Shown piece after piece: positions 26,214 to 35,850 of a DNA stretch of 64,000 bases (the first letter of the stretch is position 1; every line of letters begins with the position of its first letter). The notes beneath the pieces were generated by a model. The model was not told the DNA's origin. It did not search any database and saw only the letters and a program-made list of their open reading frames with translations. The position numbers and the translations under genes were made by a program. Origin of the DNA: Crocinitomicaceae bacterium (GTDB lineage Bacteria > Bacteroidota > Bacteroidia > Flavobacteriales_D > CAJJDF01); NCBI GenBank assembly GCA_024639505.1, contig JAHEIE010000001.1, positions 4,572-68,571 of the forward strand, given 5' to 3'.

Positions 26214-26993
26214 ATGGCTAAAACAGCATTAATTACAGGAGCGAGTGGAGGAATTGGAAAAGAATTTGCCATTATCCACGCAGAAAAAAAAGGAGATTTA
26301 ATTTTGGTGGCTCGTAGCGAAGGAAAATTGAATGCTTTGAAAACAGAATTGGAACAAAAACACGGAATAAAAGCCGAAGTAATTGTGAAAGATTTGAATC
26401 AACCCAATGCTGCCAAAGAATTGTACGAAACGGTTAAAAATACTGGATTGGAAGTAGATTATTTAATCAATAATGCTGGGTTTGGAGGAATTGGAAATTT
26501 CTACGAAAGAGACATCAAAGAAGATATTTCTATGATTCAGTTGAACGTAGAAGTATTGACCGAATTGACTCATTATTTTTTACAAGATTTTACCAAAAAG
26601 AACTCAGGAAAAATATTGAATGTTTCATCTACGGCAAGTTTGTTGCCTGGACCACTTCAAGCAGTTTATTTTGCCACAAAAGCTTATGTAAGTTCTTTTT
26701 CTAATGCGATTTCCGAAGAATTGAAAGGAACAGGAGTTACCGTAACCAACTTAATGCCAGGAGCTACCGAAACTAATTTTGGAAAAGTATCGGGAATGGA
26801 TAAAACAGTAATGTTTGATAAAACGGCCAGCGCCCGTAAAGTAGCCGAAGACGGTTATAACGGAATGATTTCTGGAAAATTAGACGTAATTTCGGGACTG
26901 ACTTTTGCCCAAAAAGCACTGAATATGATGATGCCATTTTTACCAAAAAAAATGGTGCTGAAACAAGTAAAACAAATGCAAACGCCTAAGTAA
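26214..26993 (+). CDS. SDR-family oxidoreductase
   Basis: TGASGGIG, NNAGFG and YFATKAYV motifs. 259 aa. Confidence 0.85.
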   Translation: MAKTALITGASGGIGKEFAIIHAEKKGDLILVARSEGKLNALKTELEQKHGIKAEVIVKDLNQPNAAKELYETVKNTGLEVDYLINNAGFGGIGNFYERDIKEDISMIQLNVEVLTELTHYFLQDFTKKNSGKILNVSSTASLLPGPLQAVYFATKAYVSSFSNAISEELKGTGVTVTNLMPGATETNFGKVSGMDKTVMFDKTASARKVAEDGYNGMISGKLDVISGLTFAQKALNMMMPFLPKKMVLKQVKQMQTPK

Positions 26994-26998
26994 ATACT

Positions 26999-28291
26999 AT
27001 GAAATACCACAGAATTAATAAAGATTTATACATTCACCAAAGGAGTGAATTTACTAAACAAATGAAATCAAATTCGATCGCTATTTTTAATAGTAACGAT
27101 ATTTTTTCTACTTCGGCAGATAGCACGGTTCCGTTTGTTCAACATAGAGATATTTTGGCGCTTTCGGGAGTGGATCAAGAAGAAAGTATCTTGGTTTTAT
27201 TCCCAGATGCACATCTTGAAAAGCACAGAGAAATCTTGTTTTTGAAAGAAACCTCTGAAACTATAAAGATTTGGGAAGGAGAAAAACTAACTAAAGAAAC
27301 TGCTTTTGAGACTTCGGGAATAAAAACTGTGTATTGGTTGCCAGATTTTCATAAAGTGCTTAAAATGTTAGTGTCGGAAGCAGAAAACATCTACATCAAC
27401 AAAAACATGCACACTCGTGCCAACACAGAAATGGAAACGCGTGAAGACCGATTCATTTCTTGGATGATGAACGAATATCCTGCAATGACTTATTTGCAGT
27501 CGGCTCCAATTATGCACAGAGTGCGTTCTGTAAAACATCAAATAGAAATTGACTTGATGCAAGAAGCTTGCAACATTACCGAAAAAGGATTTAGAAGGAT
27601 TCTTCCTTTTATCAAGCCAGGTATGATGGAATACAACATTGAGGCTGAATTGATGCACGAATTTTTGAATAATCGTTCCAAAGGTTTTGCCTATACGCCA
27701 ATTATTGGTTCGGGATATAATGCGTGTGTGTTACATTACATTGAAAACAATGTAGAGTGCAAAGATGGCGAAGTTATCTTGATGGATTTTGGTGCAGAAT
27801 ACGCAAATTATGCCAGCGACATGACAAGGTGTGTGCCTGTAAATGGAAAATTTACCGAGAGACAAAAAGCCGTTTACAATTCTGTACTTCACGTGAAAAA
27901 AGAATGTGAAAAACTACTTTCTCCAGGCGTAAATTTACACGAGTACCATGCAGAAGTTGGGAAATTAATGGAGGAGCAATTACTTAAACTTAAGCTAATT
28001 GACCAAACAGACATTAAAAACCAAAACCCAGATTGGCCAGCATATAAAAAGTATTTTATGCACGGGACTTCTCACTTTATTGGGCTAGATACGCATGATG
28101 TAGGATTATGGCACGAGCCAATTCAGGCCGGGAATGCGTTTACCATTGAACCAGGAATTTACATTCCAGAAGAGAGTTTAGGAATTAGATTGGAAGATGA
28201 TTATATCATTCAAAAATCAGACGCACCGCTTAATTTGATGAAGAATATTCCTTTAGAAGCTGAGGAGATTGAGGAGTTGATGAATTCTTAA
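26999..28291 (+). CDS. pepP: Xaa-Pro aminopeptidase (M24B)
   Basis: DFGAEYANYASDMTR, HGTSHFIGLDTHD and EPGIY..E..GIRLED metal-ligand blocks. The start lies 5 nt after the SDR stop. Confidence 0.85.
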   Translation: MKYHRINKDLYIHQRSEFTKQMKSNSIAIFNSNDIFSTSADSTVPFVQHRDILALSGVDQEESILVLFPDAHLEKHREILFLKETSETIKIWEGEKLTKETAFETSGIKTVYWLPDFHKVLKMLVSEAENIYINKNMHTRANTEMETREDRFISWMMNEYPAMTYLQSAPIMHRVRSVKHQIEIDLMQEACNITEKGFRRILPFIKPGMMEYNIEAELMHEFLNNRSKGFAYTPIIGSGYNACVLHYIENNVECKDGEVILMDFGAEYANYASDMTRCVPVNGKFTERQKAVYNSVLHVKKECEKLLSPGVNLHEYHAEVGKLMEEQLLKLKLIDQTDIKNQNPDWPAYKKYFMHGTSHFIGLDTHDVGLWHEPIQAGNAFTIEPGIYIPEESLGIRLEDDYIIQKSDAPLNLMKNIPLEAEEIEELMNS

Positions 28292-28329
28292 GAGATATTA
28301 GATTATAGAACTTAGATATTAGACAAAAG

Positions 28330-28358
28330 GCAAAGTGAAATTCACTTTGCTTTTTTTT
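28330..28358 (+). terminator. Rho-independent terminator of pepP
   Basis: A perfect 9-bp stem gcaaagtga/tcactttgc followed by T8. Confidence 0.85.
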
Positions 28359-28437
28359 GTATAACTTTAAAACACCTTCCTCCTTGGAGGAATAAATAGT
28401 CTAAAATCTTGTATCTAACTTCTATAATCTCAGCAAA

Positions 28438-28794
28438 ATGGCTCAACATAACGAAACTGGAAACGAAGGGGAAGAAATGGCAGCTCTGTTTTTAATAAAA
28501 AACGGTTATGGAATCTTAGCGCGTAATTTCAGGTATAAAAAATCGGAGATTGACATCATAGCTCAAAAAGACAAAACGATTGCGTTTGTAGAGGTAAAAA
28601 CAAGAACTACAACATTCTTTCAAGAGCCCGAATTGTCTGTTACTCGCAGCAAACAAAAACAAATTACATTAGGAGCCAATTTCTACATTCAAGAAAACGA
28701 CATTGACCTTGATATCCGTTTTGATATCGTTGCGATTACGCTTTCTCCTTATAAGTTAAATCACATTGAGGATGCTTTTTATCCTTTGGTTTAG
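28438..28794 (+). CDS. yraN: YraN-family (UPF0102) endonuclease-like protein
   Basis: 118 aa. GEEMAALFL..GY.ILARNFR....EIDIIA......FVEVKTR is the family signature. Confidence 0.8.
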   Translation: MAQHNETGNEGEEMAALFLIKNGYGILARNFRYKKSEIDIIAQKDKTIAFVEVKTRTTTFFQEPELSVTRSKQKQITLGANFYIQENDIDLDIRFDIVAITLSPYKLNHIEDAFYPLV

Positions 28795-28945
28795 TGCTTG
28801 AGGTCACACTCCGCCCTTCCGATTCTATCCTTCTCGGTCGAACTCAGGGTTCAGTTTAAGGCAAATTTGCGGGCTGAGTGGTTTTTCGAAGAAAAATTGT
28901 ATCGAAGCCCAACTTAATATTGACAATTAAAAATTCTCTGAAAAA

Positions 28946-28975
28946 CACTAGACTCCAAAACAAGTTTGGAATGAC
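28946..28975 (-). repeat. Family A hairpin module
   Basis: cactagactccaaaacaagtttggaatgac, which reverse-complements to gtcattccaaacttgttttggagtctagtg. Confidence 0.75.
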
Positions 28976-28986
28976 ATGTGAAAAAA

Positions 28987-29024
28987 CACACCTCTTTAAT
29001 TCTCCTCTCAAGAGGAGAGATTCT
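28987..29024 (+). repeat. Family B hairpin module
   Basis: cacacctctttaattctcctctcaagaggagagattct, with stem ctcctc/gaggag. It recurs at 31745, 31868 (inverted) and 33856. Confidence 0.75.
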
Positions 29025-29031
29025 TTGAAAT

Positions 29032-31659
29032 CTAAACCAACCCCTTCAATTTCTCTTCCAAGATAGCAATCTTCTGCTCTGCGTCTTGTTGTTTGGCCTT
29101 TTCGTTTGCCACAACTTGCTCTGGTGCTCCTGCTACAAAACGTTCGTTACTTAGCTTTTTCATTACGGTATTCAAGAAACCTTTTGTGTAGTTAAGCTCT
29201 TCTTCAAGTTTTGCTTTTTCTGCTTCTACATCAATTGTGTCTCCAAAAGGAATGAAATATTCGTTTCCTTTTACAATAAAAGAAAAGGAGTTTTCTTGTT
29301 TGTCGGTTACAAAATCGAAACTTGAAATGTTCCCCATTTTCTGGATGACAGAATCAAAAGTAGAAGAATAATTTTCTCCTTTTTTCACCAACAACTCAAT
29401 GGCATTTTTCTGTGCTAAGTTATTGTCTTTTCTAATCGTTCTCATTCCAGAAATTACCTCAGCAGCTACCTCAAATTCAGAAAGTAGTTTTTCGTCAGTT
29501 TTAGTGATTTTTGGCCAATTTTCGTGGTTTATTGTCTCATTTTCGTCTTTTTTGGTCAATAAATGCCAAATTTCTTCCGAAACGAAAGGAGTGAATGGAT
29601 GCATAACTACCAATACTTTTTCAAATAATTCGATTAATTTGTCGAAAGTAACTTGGTCGATAGGTTGTTGATAAGCTGGTTTTACCATCTCTAGTAACCA
29701 TCCACAAAAATCATCATACACCAATTTGTAAGTGCTCATCAAGGCTTCCGAAATACGGAATTTATCGTAAGAGGAATTAATGTCTTCTAGCGTTTTATTC
29801 AGCTTATTTTCAAACCATAACAAAGCGGTTTCACTTGACAAAGGTTGTTCAATGTTAGCTACTTCCCACATTTGGGTAAGCTTAAATGCATTCCAAATTT
29901 TAGTTGTGAAGTTTCTTCCTGTTTCACACAAAGATTCATCAAATGGCAAATCGTTTCCTGCAGGCGAACTCAGTAGCATTCCTACTCTCACACCATCTGC
30001 TCCGTATTTGTGAATTAGCTCAATTGGATCAGGTGAGTTTCCAAGGGATTTACTCATCTTTCTTCCTTGCTTGTCTCTTACAATTCCTGTGTAATACACA
30101 TTCTTGAAAGGCAATTCTCCTTTGTATTCGTATCCTGCAATAATCATACGTGCCACCCAGAAAAACATAATTTCAGGAGCCGTTACCAAATCATTGGTTG
30201 GGTAGTAATAATTTATTTCTTCGTTGTCAGGATTGTTTATTCCATCAAATACACTGATTGGCCACAACCAAGAGCTAAACCAAGTGTCTAGCGCATCATC
30301 ATCTTGTTTTAAATCGGCAATAGTCAGGGATGAATTCCCTGTTTTTTCTTGTGCCAATGGCAATGCTTTTTGAATGGTTTCGGCAACCACAAAATCTTCC
30401 ATTCCATCTCCATAAAAGAAAGCTGGAATTTGGTGTCCCCACCACAATTGACGAGAAATATTCCAGTCTCTCACGTTCTCCATCCAGTTACGGTAAGAGT
30501 TCTTGAACTTAGCTGGGTGAAACTGAATGTCGTCATTCATTACGTGATCCAAGGCTGGTTTGGCAAGCTTTTCCATACTCAAAAACCATTGAACCGATAC
30601 TTTTGGCTCAATTACAGCTTTCGTTCTTTCGCTCGTTCCTACTTTATGCGTGTGCTTTTCTACTTTTACCAAAGCACCTATCTCTTTCAGCTCCTTTTCA
30701 ATCTCTTCACGCACCACAAATCTATCTTTCCCCTCATAGTGAAGACCAAAAGAATTGAGCGAAGCATCGTCATTAAAAATGTCAATTACCTCTAGTTTGT
30801 GAGTGTCGCCTATAACCTTATCGTTAGGATCATGAGCTGGTGTTATTTTCAAACATCCAGTTCCAAATTCTATATCTACATATTCGTCCTCAATAATAGG
30901 AATTGCTCTTCCTACAATTGGTACAATTGCTTTTTTTCCTTTTAGGTGAGAGAACCTCGGATCATTTGGATTAATACAAATTGCGGTATCTCCAAAAATA
31001 GTTTCGGGACGAGTAGTTGCAATTGTTAAAACCTCATCACTTCCCTCAATCTTGTAGTTTAGGTAATAAAATTTCCCTTCTTCTTCTATGTGAACCACTT
31101 CTTCGTCAGACAAAGTTGTTTTGGCAGAAGGATCCCAGTTTACCATTCGGTAACCTCGGTAAATCAATCCCTTTTCGTATAAATCGACAAATGTTTTGGT
31201 CACAGATTCTGATAAATCATCGTCCATGGTAAAGGCAGTTCTGTCCCAATCGCAAGAGGCCCCTAGCTTTTTCAATTGATCCAAAATAATTCCTCCATGT
31301 TTGTGAGTCCAGTCCCAAGCATGAACCAAAAATTCGTCACGAGTTAAGTCGCTTTTATTGATTCCTTCTTCTTTCAGTTTAGCAACAACTTTTGCCTCGG
31401 TTGCAATAGAAGCGTGATCCGTTCCGGGAACCCAACATGCGTTTTTTCCCAACAAACGAGCTCTACGTACCAATACATCCTGAATCGTATTGTTCAACAT
31501 ATGTCCCATGTGCAAAACTCCCGTTACGTTTGGCGGAGGAATTACAATGGTGTAGGCTTCTCTTTCGTCAGGAGTAGATTTGAAATGTTCGTTTTTAAGC
31601 CAATTGGCGTACCATTTATCCTCTACTTCTTGTGAATTATATTGTGCTGGAATTTCCAT
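29032..31659 (-). CDS. valS: Valine--tRNA ligase
   Basis: 875 aa. [13 protein letters not shown] (HIGH motif), KMSKSLGN (KMSKS motif) and a C-terminal coiled coil. Confidence 0.95.
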   Translation of the reverse strand: MEIPAQYNSQEVEDKWYANWLKNEHFKSTPDEREAYTIVIPPPNVTGVLHMGHMLNNTIQDVLVRRARLLGKNACWVPGTDHASIATEAKVVAKLKEEGINKSDLTRDEFLVHAWDWTHKHGGIILDQLKKLGASCDWDRTAFTMDDDLSESVTKTFVDLYEKGLIYRGYRMVNWDPSAKTTLSDEEVVHIEEEGKFYYLNYKIEGSDEVLTIATTRPETIFGDTAICINPNDPRFSHLKGKKAIVPIVGRAIPIIEDEYVDIEFGTGCLKITPAHDPNDKVIGDTHKLEVIDIFNDDASLNSFGLHYEGKDRFVVREEIEKELKEIGALVKVEKHTHKVGTSERTKAVIEPKVSVQWFLSMEKLAKPALDHVMNDDIQFHPAKFKNSYRNWMENVRDWNISRQLWWGHQIPAFFYGDGMEDFVVAETIQKALPLAQEKTGNSSLTIADLKQDDDALDTWFSSWLWPISVFDGINNPDNEEINYYYPTNDLVTAPEIMFFWVARMIIAGYEYKGELPFKNVYYTGIVRDKQGRKMSKSLGNSPDPIELIHKYGADGVRVGMLLSSPAGNDLPFDESLCETGRNFTTKIWNAFKLTQMWEVANIEQPLSSETALLWFENKLNKTLEDINSSYDKFRISEALMSTYKLVYDDFCGWLLEMVKPAYQQPIDQVTFDKLIELFEKVLVVMHPFTPFVSEEIWHLLTKKDENETINHENWPKITKTDEKLLSEFEVAAEVISGMRTIRKDNNLAQKNAIELLVKKGENYSSTFDSVIQKMGNISSFDFVTDKQENSFSFIVKGNEYFIPFGDTIDVEAEKAKLEEELNYTKGFLNTVMKKLSNERFVAGAPEQVVANEKAKQQDAEQKIAILEEKLKGLV

Positions 31660-31744
31660 GTTGTTTCTTTGTTTTGAGGTACAAAATTACGGAAATTTTT
31701 GGGGTTTGTAGAAACAGACTCAGGATATTATTCTCGTCAAATAA

Positions 31745-31899
31745 CACACCCCTTGTATTCCCCTCTCAAGAGGGGAGGATTCTCGTGATATATCTAATGA
31801 ATATATTTCCTTTGTGATGTTTCTATTTTCATTGCGTTCGTTCATCATCGTGTTCGCTATCCATCGTGCTCCCCTCCTGAGAGGGGATTAAGGGGTATG
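31745..31899. repeat. Inverted pair of family B modules (MITE-like, about 155 bp)
   Basis: 31745-31783, cacaccccttgtattcccctctcaagaggggaggattct, faces 31868-31899, whose reverse complement is catacccc ttaat cccctctcaggaggggagc. Confidence 0.6.
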
Positions 31900-31966
31900 T
31901 TTTATCGCGTTTAAGACACACCTTCTTAAAAGGTCAGGAATTACAGTTAAAACGCTTTGTAAAACC

Positions 31967-31994
31967 CTAGATTTCAAATCCAGTTTAGAATGAC
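31967..31994 (-). repeat. Family A hairpin module (degenerate)
   Basis: ctagatttcaaatccagtttagaatgac. Confidence 0.55.
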
Positions 31995-32014
31995 AGGTGG
32001 AAAGAGTTTTTACC

Positions 32015-32045
32015 AAAAAAAATGACCGCTTAAAAAGCAGTCATT
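32015..32045 (-). terminator. Rho-independent terminator of metK
   Basis: The minus strand reads aaatgactgctttttaagcggtcatttttttt: an 8-bp stem with one mismatch, followed by T8. Confidence 0.7.
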
Positions 32046-32070
32046 TAGTATAATTCAGTTTTTTTGTTGA

Positions 32071-33327
32071 TTACAATCCAAAAGCAGCTTTTACTTTATC
32101 TACGTAATCCAATTTCTCCCAGGTAAATGTTTCTACTTCTTGAGATACTGTTTCGCCACTTGGCGAAGTAAACGTTACTGTTTTTACTTCTGGTGTTCTT
32201 CCCATGTGCCCGTATGCAGCAGTTTCCGAGTAAATTGGAGTTCTTAGTTTTAATCTTTGTTCGATAAAATAAGGTCTCATGTCAAATAAAGATTCTACTT
32301 TTTTAGAGATTTCTCCATCTGTCATATTTACGTTTGAAGTTCCGTAAGTTTCTACGTTAATACTAGTTGGTTTTGCAACACCAATCGCATAAGAGACTTG
32401 TACCAATACTTCTTTACACAATCCTGCAGCAACCAAGTTTTTGGCAATATGACGAGTAGCATAAGCTCCAGATCTATCTACTTTAGAAGGATCTTTTCCA
32501 GAAAAAGCTCCACCTCCGTGTGCTCCTTTTCCTCCGTAGGTGTCTACAATAATTTTTCTTCCTGTAAGTCCTGTATCTCCGTGAGGTCCTCCAATTACGA
32601 ATGTTCCTGTTGGGTTAATGTGGTAAGTAATTCCATCTGTAAACAAAGCCTGAATGTTTGCCGGCAATTTTGCCATCACTCTTGGAATCAAAATTTCTTT
32701 GATATCCTTTTGAATCTTTGCCAACATTACTTCGTCACTCTCATCAAAATCATCGTGCTGTGTAGAAACTACAATTGCATCAATTCTTTGTGGCACATTG
32801 TCATCAGAATATTCAATTGTAACCTGTGATTTTGCATCTGGTCTTAAATACGTAATTTCATTGTTCTCTCTTCTTAATAAAGCCAATTCAATCAATAATC
32901 TGTGGGAAAGTTCTAGTGCCAAAGGCATGTAATTCTCCGTTTCGTCAGTTGCATAACCAAACATCATTCCTTGATCTCCTGCTCCTTGTTCTTCTTTGTT
33001 TGCTTTATCTACTCCTTGATTAATGTCTTCCGATTGCTCGTGAATGGCAGAAAACACTCCGCAAGAGTTTCCGTCAAACATGTATTCACTTTTGGTGTAT
33101 CCAATCTTGTTGATTACATCTCTTGCAATTTTTTGAACATCTAAATATGTAGTTGTTTTCACTTCTCCTGCCAATACAACTTGACCTGTTGTTACAAGTG
33201 TTTCGCATGCAACTTTTGAGTCGGGATCAAAAGCCAAAAAGTTATCTATAATTGCATCTGATACTTGATCTGCAACTTTATCTGGGTGACCTTCCGAAAC
33301 GGATTCTGAAGTAAATAAATATGACAT
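32071..33327 (-). CDS. metK: S-adenosylmethionine synthetase
   Basis: [41 protein letters not shown]. Confidence 0.95.
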   Translation of the reverse strand: MSYLFTSESVSEGHPDKVADQVSDAIIDNFLAFDPDSKVACETLVTTGQVVLAGEVKTTTYLDVQKIARDVINKIGYTKSEYMFDGNSCGVFSAIHEQSEDINQGVDKANKEEQGAGDQGMMFGYATDETENYMPLALELSHRLLIELALLRRENNEITYLRPDAKSQVTIEYSDDNVPQRIDAIVVSTQHDDFDESDEVMLAKIQKDIKEILIPRVMAKLPANIQALFTDGITYHINPTGTFVIGGPHGDTGLTGRKIIVDTYGGKGAHGGGAFSGKDPSKVDRSGAYATRHIAKNLVAAGLCKEVLVQVSYAIGVAKPTSINVETYGTSNVNMTDGEISKKVESLFDMRPYFIEQRLKLRTPIYSETAAYGHMGRTPEVKTVTFTSPSGETVSQEVETFTWEKLDYVDKVKAAFGL

Positions 33328-33427
33328 AATTCGGTTTGATTTAAATTGTAATTAGCGAAAATATCATTTTCCTAAGTCTTTAGCAATAATTAGGGTGTAA
33401 TTCATTATATTTAGTTCAATCATTTAA

Positions 33428-33697
33428 ATGGAATTTATGAAAACTATTTGGAAAGGAAATTATTTGAACAATACTCTGGAGGTTCAAAGCTCTTGGTTTG
33501 GCGGAAAAGTACTTTTAAACGAAGACGAAATAGAAGTTAATCATGGATGGTTTGGAAAATCAAATTTTGAGTGCAAATTGCCCAATTCTGACAGAACTGC
33601 TCGTTTCAAAATGAAGCTAAAAGCTGGTATATGGAAAGTGAAATGCTTCGTGTTTGCTGATGGTAAAGAAGTGAAAATGATAGAAATAAAAAAATAA
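33428..33697 (+). CDS. Hypothetical small protein
   Basis: An 89-aa ORF in an otherwise empty interval. No family recognised. Confidence 0.35.
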   Translation: MEFMKTIWKGNYLNNTLEVQSSWFGGKVLLNEDEIEVNHGWFGKSNFECKLPNSDRTARFKMKLKAGIWKVKCFVFADGKEVKMIEIKK

Positions 33698-33739
33698 TCT
33701 TTAACCCGTATTAAGCAAAACCGATTTAGTCCTTTTTTT

Positions 33740-33845
33740 GTCATTCTGAATTTATTTCAGAATCTTTATTCATTGAAATATTGATGAGAGTAACGTGAAA
33801 TATTCTCTGCGAGATCATGATCTCGAATTATCAGAATAGGATGAC
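33740..33845. repeat. Shorter, degenerate copy of the 43028-43170 MITE-like element
   Basis: The left end gtcattctgaatttatttcagaatct, the internal blocks ttcattgaaatatt and gtgaaatattctctgc, and the right end ...cagaataggatgac are collinear with the element at 43 kb. Confidence 0.65.
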
Positions 33846-33855
33846 CAATGAAAAA

Positions 33856-33913
33856 CACACCTCTTTAATTCTCCTCTTACCGATGTTTCGGCACAAGCAG
33901 AGTGGAGGATTCT
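33856..33913 (+). repeat. Family B module with an inserted extra hairpin
   Basis: cacacctctttaattctcctc, then ttaccgatgtttcggcacaagcagagt, then ggaggattctc. Confidence 0.6.
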
Positions 33914-33918
33914 CTGCA

Positions 33919-34452
33919 CTACCTCTTCAACTTAGCAAATAAATCCCACAACACAACTCCGTTAGAAACCGAAATGTTAAGTGAATGTTTCGTTCCTATT
34001 TGAGGGATTTCAATAACTCCAGTGCTGGCATCTATAACAGTCTGTTGAACTCCTTGCACTTCGTTTCCAAAAATCACAGCCGTTTTTATATCTTTCTCTG
34101 GTTGAAACTCATCTAGCATTATAGAGTCTGAAGTTTGTTCGATGGAATACACTTCAACATTCTCACTTTTCAATTCTTCTATCAATTCCAGAATATCTTC
34201 TCGGTGCTCCCAATCCATAGATTTGGTGGCTCCAAGTGCTGTCTTTGCTATGTCTTTGTTGGGTGGAGTTGCCGTGTACCCACACAAATATATTTTCTCA
34301 ATACGAAAGGCATCCGAAGTTCTGAAAACCGAACCAATATTGGCTAAACTCCTGATGTTGTCCAAAATCACAATCAAAGGTGATTTTTCTTCCGATTTAA
34401 ATTCTTCAATCGTTAGTCTGTCTAGTTCGCTATTTAAAGTTTTTTTGTTCAT
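33919..34452 (-). CDS. SpoU/TrmH-family RNA 2'-O-methyltransferase
   Basis: 177 aa. NIGSVFRTSDAF, VIFGNEVQGV and IPQIGTKHSLNISVS are SPOUT motifs 1-3. Confidence 0.8.
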   Translation of the reverse strand: MNKKTLNSELDRLTIEEFKSEEKSPLIVILDNIRSLANIGSVFRTSDAFRIEKIYLCGYTATPPNKDIAKTALGATKSMDWEHREDILELIEELKSENVEVYSIEQTSDSIMLDEFQPEKDIKTAVIFGNEVQGVQQTVIDASTGVIEIPQIGTKHSLNISVSNGVVLWDLFAKLKR

Positions 34453-34546
34453 TTTATTATAATTATTGAAGTGAGATTTTTTAATGTTAGTTATTCTTGC
34501 TGCGGTAATATTCTCGATTTATAGTTTTACATCCTACATCAGAAAG

Positions 34547-35815
34547 TCATACGTCTAATTCAACACTCGTTATCATTGCCTCCGCTTTCAGTAAAGTCTC
34601 GTTATATTCATCTTCGGCATTCGCTTTATTGGTAATCGCTCCGCCTACCATAAAACTCAAATAGTTGATTTCTTCATTGTAAAGTAAAGATCGAATAACT
34701 ACATTAAAATCAAAATCTTGATTGGGTTTAAAATAACCAATTGCTCCAGAGTAAATTCCTCTTTTGGTGGTTTCTAGATCTTCAATAATTTTCATTGCTT
34801 CTACTTTGGGCGCGCCAGTCATGCTTCCCATCGGGAAAGTAGTTCGCAACACCTCAACTGGGTGAGTTGTTTTTTCAATCTCACTTGTTACCGTAGAAAT
34901 CATCTGATGAACCGTATCAAAACTATACACTTTGCACAATTCTTCTACTTTTACCGAAGCCTTTTTTGCAGTTTTGGATAAGTCATTTCGCACCAAATCT
35001 ACAATCATTATATTTTCACTTCTCTCCTTTTCATTTTGAGATAGCTCCAATTTTATCTTTTCGTCTTCCTCCTCGGTTTTTCCTCTTTTGGCTGTCCCTT
35101 TTATCGGTTGAGTGATTATTTTATCTCCTTCTTTTTTGATGTATCGCTCTGGACTTCCACACAAAATAAATTGTTCCTTGTTTTTATAAAAAGTAGAAAA
35201 AGGAGCATTTGTCAACTCATTTAGTCTAGTGTAAGTTTCAAAAGGATTTATCTCCACATTTTCGGCATAAAACTCATGGCAAAAATTCATTTCATAAATA
35301 TCTCCCTGCTGAATGTGTTCTTTTATTGCCTCAAACCTTTGCTCGTAATTGTCTTTCGACATTCTTTGTTTAAAGTTTACTTTTGCAGCTTTTTTAGTCG
35401 TTTTTTTACTTTTTTCGTCTAAAAACGACACAAATAAGTCCTTTTGCTCATTTTTTGTAAAGTGGATTTTAGCAAAATCAACAGTTATTTCTACAATAAT
35501 TTCGGGTACAAAAAAATGCACCTCTGGATAGTTAAGATTGTCTTTGTTAAACGAAGATAACGAAGGTTCTACTTCGTTTTTTAGGTCGTAGCTCAAATAG
35601 CCAAAAACCCAATCTTGGTGTTGGTCTACAAAGTTTTTTAACCCACCAAACACCTTGTTTTTGTGGGATTTAAATTCTGCTTTTGAACCTAAAGCCAAAT
35701 AAGAAATCGAATTAGCATCGTTGGAATTAAGAAATACTACTTGCTCGTAATTTTCTGAGATTTTTTCAATGTCGGATAAGGAAATAGTTTGGGTAAGGAT
35801 TTCTGTTATTCTCAC
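34547..35815 (-). CDS. pabB: Aminodeoxychorismate synthase component I (chorismate-binding enzyme)
   Basis: PIKGTAKRG, ENIMIVDLVRND, FPMGSMTGAPK, GIYSGAIGYF. Confidence 0.75.
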   Translation of the reverse strand: MRITEILTQTISLSDIEKISENYEQVVFLNSNDANSISYLALGSKAEFKSHKNKVFGGLKNFVDQHQDWVFGYLSYDLKNEVEPSLSSFNKDNLNYPEVHFFVPEIIVEITVDFAKIHFTKNEQKDLFVSFLDEKSKKTTKKAAKVNFKQRMSKDNYEQRFEAIKEHIQQGDIYEMNFCHEFYAENVEINPFETYTRLNELTNAPFSTFYKNKEQFILCGSPERYIKKEGDKIITQPIKGTAKRGKTEEEDEKIKLELSQNEKERSENIMIVDLVRNDLSKTAKKASVKVEELCKVYSFDTVHQMISTVTSEIEKTTHPVEVLRTTFPMGSMTGAPKVEAMKIIEDLETTKRGIYSGAIGYFKPNQDFDFNVVIRSLLYNEEINYLSFMVGGAITNKANAEDEYNETLLKAEAMITSVELDV

Positions 35816-35850
35816 AGTTATTAAGGTTGAATAGTTTGTTTAATAATAGT

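Noticed and set aside
28878-29066. A 62-aa ORF spanning the A and B repeat modules and running into the 3' end of valS.
   Set aside because: Its sequence is dictated by the hairpin repeats (…SPLKRRDSL…), and it overlaps the valS stop region. It is most likely an artefact.
33328-33427. A possible SAM riboswitch in the metK leader.
   Set aside because: The leader is only about 100 nt and very AT-rich. I could not find the paired GC-rich helices or conserved cores of SAM-I or SAM-II type riboswitches on the minus strand.
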